Virus record (IMG/VR): IMGVR_UViG_3300010270_000379 | Span: 1 to 64,000 of that record | Reading direction: 5' to 3' (one strand) | From: a virus | Taxonomy: Duplodnaviria; Caudoviricetes | DNA: 64,000 nt | Shown here: one piece after another, positions 57,139 to 64,000 of the stretch | Position numbering within the stretch: position 1 is the first letter of the stretch | Layout of the letters: each line of letters opens with the position of its first letter | The notes under the pieces: generated by a model | What the model was told of the DNA's origin: nothing | The model's database searches: none | The model's input: the letters and a program-made list of their open reading frames with translations, nothing else | Made by a program: the position numbers and the translations under genes

Positions 57139-57340
57139 ACAGATTACTCCTTGCGATGTAGGTTTAAGTTTCTCAGGCTGTGGCCTACTTCGCTTGTAAA
57201 AAGAAAGCCCTTAGAAGTTTTCCACCTTGTAGGAGAGATACAAGGTTCTGCACGGAAAAACCTCTAAGGGCTGTAAAGTTGGCAAGCAACTTAGAAAAGT
57301 GCAGATTTTTTCTAAATTGCCTAAACAGATTGACAATCTG
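57139..57340 (-). promoter_or_regulatory. Structured antirepressor leader with terminator
   Basis: Hairpin loop UCUGCAC; terminator hairpin carrying a GUGCAGA bulge and ending AGGGC-UUUCUUUUU; third hairpin next to the RBS. Confidence 0.7.
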
Positions 57341-57344
57341 TATT

Positions 57345-57444
57345 AATCACACGTTTTTATGTGATTACTCTTTAATTAATAACACGTTTTCGTGTATTTG
57401 TCAATAAAAAATCTCAACATTTTATGTGATTTTTCCGATATAAT
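57345..57444. promoter_or_regulatory. Lysis-lysogeny switch: three 22-bp operators and divergent promoters
   Basis: AATCACACGTTTTTATGTGATT (57345), AATAACACGTTTTCGTGTATTT (57378) and AATCTCAACATTTTATGTGATT (57410); minus-strand TTGACA at 57399-57404; plus-strand TATAAT at 57439-57444. Confidence 0.75.
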
Positions 57445-57450
57445 AGCGTT

Positions 57451-57729
57451 ATGGATTATACGGAATTCTGGAAACGAACAAATTCTCTTATAAAACTTCT
57501 GAATAAAACACAAAGAGGCCTTGCGCTTGAATGTGGTTTTACTGAAAGAAGGATAGAGACATTATCATCTAATAACAGATCCCCAGATGTAATTGAAGCC
57601 GTAAAAATTGCACAAACATTAAATACTACTGTAGAATATCTGGTTACAGGACAGGATGAAAATGCCGCAGCAAAAGAACTAACAGAATTAAAAGCTAAAT
57701 TAGCCGATTTAATTATGTTCAAGAAATAG
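57451..57729 (+). CDS. XRE-family HTH prophage repressor
   Basis: FWKRTNSLIK...TQRGLALECG...KIAQTLNTTVEYLVTG; divergent from the early operon. Confidence 0.85.
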   Translation: MDYTEFWKRTNSLIKLLNKTQRGLALECGFTERRIETLSSNNRSPDVIEAVKIAQTLNTTVEYLVTGQDENAAAKELTELKAKLADLIMFKK

Positions 57730-57736
57730 CCTCCTA

Positions 57737-57791
57737 TAAGATTTTTGTCGTTCGTCATTTATGTCGCGCGACTTTTCCAGAATCTTATAGG
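57737..57791. terminator. Hairpin between convergent repressor and LuxR genes
   Basis: TCCTATAAGATT...AATCTTATAGGA inverted repeat. Confidence 0.55.
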
Positions 57792-57854
57792 AAATATATT
57801 GTTTTAATGTAGTTGAATTCGCTTGAATCGTCACTTTAATTGCTTAAAGCAAAA

Positions 57855-58508
57855 TTAAAGGCCATTTTCTTGTTTAAATTTCTCTACCAATTCACCGGTA
57901 GAATTGCACATATTTCTTTCCCTGGCTGATTTTATTTTATGTGTTATTGTCTGCTCTGAAAACAGGCCTATTTCTTTTTGTAACTTACCTTTTGCAAGCT
58001 CTTTTAAAATATCTATTTCATCCTTAGTTAGATTTAGTTTCTCTGGTTTATTAATTGCAAATACATAATTCATTTTAATCTGAAACATAAACACATAAAC
58101 TATATGAATCAGAAAGGCAACTATATCTAATCTTTTAATACTAAATGAAATAACAACGTTTATAAGATATATCCAGGGAGCTACCTTTTTTAATTTTGGA
58201 TTAGCACCTATGGCAATCAGCATAAAAAAGATTGTAGCATAGTTATAAAACATGTTTACATAAACTAATGAGCATGAATATATTAAAAGTCTATAAGATA
58301 AACCTTTACGACCAAACAGGAATATAAAAAGTGATATAATACCGCATCCACCGGCACGTAAATACCAATGATATTCTATGCTGCTAGTTTTATATTCATA
58401 AAAATGCAATGCAATTAAAAGTAAGTGTAAAAGAAAAATGTGTAATAAATCTTTGTCATTTATAAGTAATAAATATTTTTGTTTCAGCTTTGTAAATAGT
58501 TTTCTCAT
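57855..58508 (-). CDS. Multi-TM protein with a C-terminal LuxR-type HTH
   Basis: About five hydrophobic segments, then LTKDEIDILKELAKGKLQKEI...SEQTITHKIKSARER. Confidence 0.75.
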   Translation of the reverse strand: MRKLFTKLKQKYLLLINDKDLLHIFLLHLLLIALHFYEYKTSSIEYHWYLRAGGCGIISLFIFLFGRKGLSYRLLIYSCSLVYVNMFYNYATIFFMLIAIGANPKLKKVAPWIYLINVVISFSIKRLDIVAFLIHIVYVFMFQIKMNYVFAINKPEKLNLTKDEIDILKELAKGKLQKEIGLFSEQTITHKIKSARERNMCNSTGELVEKFKQENGL

Positions 58509-58542
58509 TTATGCTTTTATTTTCGGCATAAATGAGATTAAA

Positions 58543-60144
58543 CTAAATTATGAGCATCGACTTTCTGATTGATTTATTCATATCGGCTGTATCCGGTGGA
58601 ATTTCTTCTTCTGTCTCAGTTTCTTCAAATCCGGCTTCTTCACCGCCGCCAAAATCACCCATATCTCCGCCCATACTGTCATCATTCATGGTCTGTTGGC
58701 TCTGGAATAACTGTACAAGTTGTACATTCATAGGCAAGTCTGCAGCATTTTCAACTTTTCCCAAGTCTATAGGATCCAGGCCCTTCTCAGCTCTCTTTTC
58801 GTTTACAGTTTTCCAGGTTCTTACTTCTTTTTCATCCAGATCCGCGATAGTGTTAGGATTATCTTTTTCATATCCTACAAACTCTAATACATAATTTTCA
58901 TCAATTTTTTCAATGATTCTGTTAAGATATGATTCAAAGAATACAAGTAAATCACCAAGTAAAGAACTTTTTGCAGCAGCAATTCTATCAGATCCGGCAC
59001 TATCAATAACAGGCTGTGACTTTTGAATTTGTAATCCAATTTCATCAGCAGAACAACCAAATAAAGCTAATACACCACTTACAAGATAATCTATCCAAGC
59101 CTGGAATTCCATTTCACGGTTAGTATTTATCGGCTTCCACTCGATTTTAGCATCTTTATCGCCACTAGGAATAATTGGAATTCGCCACTGATTTAACGGA
59201 CTTCCTGACATAATCTCACTTATGTATTCTTCCATTTCATCAAGATTATCAGAATTCATATCACCGCTTAAAAGTAACATACCTTTAGGCAATCTGTTTT
59301 CAGTAAAGTTTCCGGCATTGTAAATGAATGTGTTAATAACCGATGTAATAAGATCTACGGCCTGTTCTACAAGAGAATAACCATATTTTGAATGGTAAAT
59401 GTCGGTTCTAGGATTTTCAAAGGCAAAAATCATATTTTCATAGGTGTAACCGGCTGCCGGCATACCGTCTACAATCTGCAAATACTTGAATGTAGTTTCA
59501 TTTTCCTTCTCAGGTATTACACATTCAATAGTTGCAGCATCCACGGCAAAAAACGCTACCGGCTCACCCTTTTTATTATACTGAATTTCTGTTGCTATCT
59601 GGTCCAATGTCAATTCATCACGCAAAAGTTTAGTACAATAAGTAACAAAATTGTCACGGCCTGGATCCTTATAATTTCCGGTTGAAACAATAAAATCCCT
59701 GATTAAATCACATTTTTTATCTTCATTTTTGTTGTTGGATATAATTTCTTCATACTTTTTATGTATAATAAATCCTCGTTCATTACGACTTGTAACCGGC
59801 TTCAAAAATGGTTTAATTCTTCTTGAAACATAGTTGATACAGGTATTAATAATCCAGGCCTTAGATGCTACAGCCCTTAAAGTTCTACAATGAATTCCGC
59901 CATACTGAATTCTTGATAGAGTTCTAATATTCTCAAAACTATTAGATGATACAAAATAAGGATCATAGAAAACAGAATCGGCACCATGTTCACGGCCTTT
60001 TTCCTGGAAGAAGTAAGTATTAAAGATATTTTTACTATCCTTTTTAGCTTCTACAAGTTCATTATAAGCGACTCTCTTAGAATTTGTTTTATCAAAAGCT
60101 GCTCTTTGTTTTAAAAGTTTATCAACATCAATCTTTTCTGCCAT
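58543..60144 (-). CDS. Portal protein
   Basis: RDELTLDQIATE, FFAVDAATI, YGYSLVEQ, NAGNFTENRLPKGML, REMEFQAW and KTVNEKRAEKGLDPI. Confidence 0.9.
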   Translation of the reverse strand: MAEKIDVDKLLKQRAAFDKTNSKRVAYNELVEAKKDSKNIFNTYFFQEKGREHGADSVFYDPYFVSSNSFENIRTLSRIQYGGIHCRTLRAVASKAWIINTCINYVSRRIKPFLKPVTSRNERGFIIHKKYEEIISNNKNEDKKCDLIRDFIVSTGNYKDPGRDNFVTYCTKLLRDELTLDQIATEIQYNKKGEPVAFFAVDAATIECVIPEKENETTFKYLQIVDGMPAAGYTYENMIFAFENPRTDIYHSKYGYSLVEQAVDLITSVINTFIYNAGNFTENRLPKGMLLLSGDMNSDNLDEMEEYISEIMSGSPLNQWRIPIIPSGDKDAKIEWKPINTNREMEFQAWIDYLVSGVLALFGCSADEIGLQIQKSQPVIDSAGSDRIAAAKSSLLGDLLVFFESYLNRIIEKIDENYVLEFVGYEKDNPNTIADLDEKEVRTWKTVNEKRAEKGLDPIDLGKVENAADLPMNVQLVQLFQSQQTMNDDSMGGDMGDFGGGEEAGFEETETEEEIPPDTADMNKSIRKSMLII

Positions 60145-60181
60145 TTTTAAGGTTCCTCCCAAAAATTAGAAAATTTAAAAT

Positions 60182-60289
60182 AAAAAAGCCGGCTATTGTC
60201 TTTTTCAACAATAACCGGCTGCAGATTTCTCAACATACCTGATATATAATTTATAAAGATATTTTACACTATAATGTTTTAATTGTCAT
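60182..60289 (-). promoter_or_regulatory. Late-type promoter with leader hairpin and terminator, copy 8 (portal)
   Basis: ATGACA-17-TAAAAT; TGTTG-AGAAAT-CTGCA; GCCGGTTATTG/CAATAGCCGGC; T6. Confidence 0.78.
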
Positions 60290-62016
60290 TAGTTATATTT
60301 TTTATACAATCAGAATAATCTTGATCTTCTTTATATATCCAATTTTTATGAATTTCCCTCCCTGTTATTATTACAATACCAGGTTCTTTCATCATAAATT
60401 TTTCACCACGTTGTATTGTTAATAAATCTCTATATTGTTTTTCAGAATATGATTCTTTTGCTTCTTCCCATTGTTCCGCTGTTACAACAAATACTTCATT
60501 TTTATCTACATCAAAAAAAAGAGCTTGTGAATATTTCATTATTTTCCTACCCTCCTTTAGTTTTTGTACTCTTTCATTTTCAAGTCATTACCTGTCTTTG
60601 AAATTACATCGGGATCTTTTATATATTTGTTGATATATTTAGTAAGCATTTTTCTTGAACCGTATAACGTGAAGGATTCTAATATTGTTTCACGTTTTGT
60701 TTTACCAAGACTGATACCCCACATAGGCAATTCCATATCAAGATATTTTTTTAATATCCTCTGGCTTTTGGTTTTATACATTCCCATGTTTTACCACCTA
60801 TTAAAAAGATTTAAATATCATTAGTTTTATTAGCGCCTAGAACAAAACCACCCGCAAAACCTGTTGAATATATATCTTTGATAAACCTTAGTTGCCCTGG
60901 ACTAAACATATTTATATCTTCAATTTGCTTCTTAAAATTTTTATCAAACAAAACTTCACCCATACTTTTATATTTTTCATAATCTTTAGATACAATTTCT
61001 TTATCAATAACAATATCAGCCATTAATTTTATACTCCCCAATAATTTCATCAGCAAAAAACTTTAATTTTGAATCTGTATGAGTTTTATTATAAGTCTCT
61101 ACGAACAACTTTTGAATACCTTTATTTGCGGCCCTGATTCTTTGCATCCTGATTTTTTCAAGTCTCATTATGGCCTTTACTGTTTTATCTGGATAATTTT
61201 CTTTGAGTAAATCTGAAAAACTAATAGGCTTAAAATCTGTTAGACTATTCATAATTATCTTTCCTGTTTTAATATATTATAACTGAACTTAATTTCATTA
61301 AATACAGTTCTAAACCTAGTTTTATATACAAACTGATAAATAAACATATCTATATGCTCTACATCTCTTATTATTGCACCATGTTTTTTTCCAGGCTCTT
61401 GCTGAGATATGATTTTTATATCTGAAATAGACTAATTCATCTAATACATAGTTCTCTATTGTATCAGATAAATTTGTATTAAGATGACTGTCTGGTTGTA
61501 TAGACTGAATAACACCGTCATCATCTATATACACTCTTGCATGATCTGATAAATATTCTTTATTCATATTTTTACCACCGTATTTGTAGTTTCATCTATA
61601 ATTTTTTCAATTTCCCTATTAAATGGCATTATAAATAACTGAGCAGCTTTTAATATTGGATCTATTTGTGTCTGTAAAGAGTTATTATATTTTCTTACTA
61701 ACTCAATTTTATCTTCACCAACAATTACGGTAGAACCAGGATTATATAAGGATTTAATATATTGTTCACGTTGCTCCAAAATTTTATTATATTCAATTTT
61801 TAATTTCTGAAAATTATACAATTCCAATGCTGATACATGGCCGTATGTATAACCATTATCAAAACAAACAAGATAAGTTGATTTACTTTGAGATAATTGT
61901 GCTAGAAATAATCTTTCTTCCAGAGCTTCTGCAGACTGTTTACAAACAATTTTCACTTCTTCTGGAAGATTATTCCAATCTATTTTTTCAAGCTGATTTA
62001 TTTCAATCTCACTCAT
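60279..62016 (-). CDS. Six small hypothetical genes (60279, 60557, 60811, 61016, 61322, 61564)
   Basis: Same-strand ORFs with RBSs; no family recognised. Confidence 0.5.
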
Positions 62017-62243
62017 TATTTATTAATCCTTCCGCACTTCGGACATTTTGGCTGCTTGTTTAATGGAGTTCCACAATAACCGCAATAATTGAACTGATTG
62101 GTTAGTTCTACGTTGATATATCCATATCCGTTACATCTTTTGCAAGGTTTACCCAAAATCTTTCCTGTTCCCTCGCAATCTCTACATGTTTCTTGCTCAA
62201 ATTTCATAGTTTTATTATATCCTAATAAGTACACATATAACAA
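62016..62243 (-). CDS. Zn-finger protein (DnaJ-type CxxCxGxG plus zinc ribbon)
   Basis: CRDCEGTG...CKRCNGYG...CGYCG...CPKCG. Confidence 0.65.
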   Translation of the reverse strand: MLYVYLLGYNKTMKFEQETCRDCEGTGKILGKPCKRCNGYGYINVELTNQFNYCGYCGTPLNKQPKCPKCGRINK

Positions 62244-62397
62244 CTAAAATGATTTTCTATATCCTTTTTAGTAGGCTTCTTATTCAATATCTTACAACCA
62301 CATTCGCATGTTGTTTCCCAAGGTAAAGCCTTGTGTATACGATTATCAACACCAATTACAGAAATATAGTATTTCTGATCTACTGTTTCGTTTTCAT

Positions 62398-62625
62398 TCA
62401 TTCTTTTACCTCTACAACATTGTTTGAACTGATTAATTCAAATCCTTTTGTATACGTCATTGTGATAGTAGGACACTGTGGATTTACGTCAAAATCAGTT
62501 ATGTTTATATATTCAATAGGTTCACCCTTGTTATTAAAAATATAAGGTATCTTGTAACGTTTACCCTCTGAAAATCCTTTAAGGATCTCCGCCCATTTTT
62601 TAGCTTCTTCCTGAGTTAATAACAT
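62398..62625 (-). CDS. Small hypothetical protein
   Basis: GGGGAG RBS region; 75 aa. Confidence 0.5.
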   Translation of the reverse strand: MLLTQEEAKKWAEILKGFSEGKRYKIPYIFNNKGEPIEYINITDFDVNPQCPTITMTYTKGFELISSNNVVEVKE

Positions 62626-62629
62626 CTAT

Positions 62630-63064
62630 TCACTCCCCCCAACAATTAAGACAATACCATTTTCCGTCTGAAAAAATCATATCTTTTACGTTGTGGTATT
62701 TTCCACATTCAGAACATTCTAAAATTAGCAGATTACTGTTTATTTTTTCAAAATAAAACTTATTATCCCATTCGTGAAAAGTTATCATTCCATATCGTTC
62801 TGCAACTTTTACGATGTATATTTTCTTGATACGTTTTATTAATTCACCAAGAAAAACAGATCTCCAAGTTTCAAGTCTTGTTGCTCGTTTGTAATGGTTA
62901 CAGATACGGCAAGAAGGATTGTAATTCTCAATACTGTCAGCACCACCTAACCTTTGCGGAATAATATGGTCTACTTGCATTTCTTTTAATGTAATTTCGT
63001 GTCCGCAATAAGCACATCTGCCATTGTATTTCTGATAGACCTGTTCTCTAATTTGTTTAGTCAT
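62630..63064 (-). CDS. HNH endonuclease
   Basis: GRCAYCG...QVDHIIP...GGADSIENYNPSCRICNHYK. Confidence 0.88.
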   Translation of the reverse strand: MTKQIREQVYQKYNGRCAYCGHEITLKEMQVDHIIPQRLGGADSIENYNPSCRICNHYKRATRLETWRSVFLGELIKRIKKIYIVKVAERYGMITFHEWDNKFYFEKINSNLLILECSECGKYHNVKDMIFSDGKWYCLNCWGE

Positions 63065-63066
63065 TT

Positions 63067-63417
63067 CTATTCACTCTCCTTTAGTTCTGGAAGTACAATT
63101 TCTTTCCAAGCGTAAGGTTGCATTACTTCTGAATATTCTTGATTAGTCCAACACCCAAACATTTCTTCATATTTTGCAACGTAGTAATATCCACGATAAG
63201 AAACACACAATTTCCAATCTTCATCTTTCGGTAAATCTCCGTCTTTCACATAATGCCATTCATTCGCCTTGTTATAACCGAACTCCGCACCTTTTTGATA
63301 TGCTTCTTTTACATCGCTATATCGATAATTTATTATTCCATCTTCTCCATAATCTGAAACATTTATTTTATAATGATAAATACCATCTGCGTGTTTTTCT
63401 GCTTCTTTCTCAAACAT
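63067..63417 (-). CDS. DUF551-like protein
   Basis: EWHYVKDGDLPKD...PYAWKEIVLP. Confidence 0.6.
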   Translation of the reverse strand: MFEKEAEKHADGIYHYKINVSDYGEDGIINYRYSDVKEAYQKGAEFGYNKANEWHYVKDGDLPKDEDWKLCVSYRGYYYVAKYEEMFGCWTNQEYSEVMQPYAWKEIVLPELKESE

Positions 63418-63658
63418 TCTCTAACTCCTTTGCCACAAACTCATAACATTCTTTTTCTGTTCCTTCAAACAGAACTTTCTCATAGACAGGCTTTGTATCT
63501 ATAGTGTAATAATGTCCACTCATTTTATATACATAATATTTTTTATCTTCTGTCATAGTTATTCCTCTACCACCGTAACAATGATAACGAATGTTCTTCG
63601 GATTGTAGCATCTATCTTTCATTCTTGAATAGATTGTATTTAATCTGCAATAAGACAT
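63410..63658 (-). CDS. Chimeric small protein with an HNH-homing-endonuclease fragment
   Basis: RLNTIYSRMKDRCYNPKNIRYHCYGGRGI, then unrelated sequence. Confidence 0.55.
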   Translation of the reverse strand: MSYCRLNTIYSRMKDRCYNPKNIRYHCYGGRGITMTEDKKYYVYKMSGHYYTIDTKPVYEKVLFEGTEKECYEFVAKELENV

Positions 63659-63659
63659 A

Positions 63660-63998
63660 TTACCCCTCCTTTATGTCGTTATTTAAGAATTGCTCTGCTT
63701 CTTCCCACATCTTGTCATATAATTCGCTTTTACGTTGATATTCTTCGTCATCTTTATAACTACTATCAAACTCAACAAGATTTTTAATAATTTCTTTTGC
63801 TTTAGTGAGTTGTTCTTCAAGTTCACAATAAGGTCGTTTATTTCTGAAAGCATCGTTTATCTGCTGTCTTACGTGCTCACCTACCTTGTCAATCGCGTCT
63901 AGTTCTGCTTTCAGTTCTGCGTTTTCTTCTTTCCAAGATTTATACTTTTCACAAGGGCAACCAATTTCATTTCTAAAACATCTTTCAGTTGCATTTGC
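63660..63998 (-). CDS. Hypothetical protein, 5' end outside the window
   Basis: Open frame from the edge to TAA at 63660; QLTKAKEIIKNLV...EEAEQFL. Confidence 0.55.
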   Translation of the reverse strand, partial: ANATERCFRNEIGCPCEKYKSWKEENAELKAELDAIDKVGEHVRQQINDAFRNKRPYCELEEQLTKAKEIIKNLVEFDSSYKDDEEYQRKSELYDKMWEEAEQFLNNDIKEG

Positions 63999-64000
63999 AC

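Noticed and set aside
2711-62545. Numerous plus-strand ORFs of 60-260 aa in the ORF track (e.g. 29145..29642, 32522..33292, 24461..24877)
   Set aside because: They are antisense shadows of long minus-strand genes, Phe/Ser/Leu-rich and without RBS. Only 8659, 8844 and 57451 are supported on the plus strand.
1-64000. Alternative genetic code (stop-codon reassignment)
   Set aside because: Long genes translate intact in the standard code and end in TAA, TAG and TGA.
1-64000. tRNA genes, CRISPR arrays, integrase/att site, IS elements
   Set aside because: No cloverleaf, repeat-spacer array, tyrosine/serine recombinase or transposase was recognised by eye; a tRNAscan-SE/CRISPR scan was not possible.

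Overview
The window is about 64 kb of an AT-rich, probably temperate myophage genome, with almost all genes on the minus strand. The host is likely a spirochaete (Treponema-like), inferred from the style of the XRE repressor and the signal peptides. In transcription order (high to low coordinates): small accessory genes; a displaced portal gene and a membrane-anchored LuxR-type regulator; a divergent XRE repressor with three operators; antirepressor, YqaJ/RecT, replication initiator/DnaC, SSB; TerS, nucleotide-metabolism genes, TerL; a 15-kb block of MuF and polyvalent-type virion cargo genes; prohead protease, major capsid, neck, sheath, tube, chaperones, tape measure, baseplate and a truncated tail fibre. 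No integrase, endolysin, tRNA, CRISPR array or reverse transcriptase was recognised. The main unexplained structures are four. (1) Eight late sigma70 promoters are each followed by a covarying boxB-like hairpin that abuts or overlaps an intrinsic terminator, suggesting a distributed antitermination regulon. (2) Four cargo proteins share an N-terminal K-S/A-GYG(I/V)GT...APGKW tag fused to different effectors (zeta kinase, beta-clamp-like, DUF3560-like, zincin). (3) Two homologous early leaders have loop-loop complementarity between an upstream hairpin and a terminator. (4) A dispersed 21-bp palindromic operator occurs at four promoter regions. All domain calls are by-eye motif recognition, not database searches.
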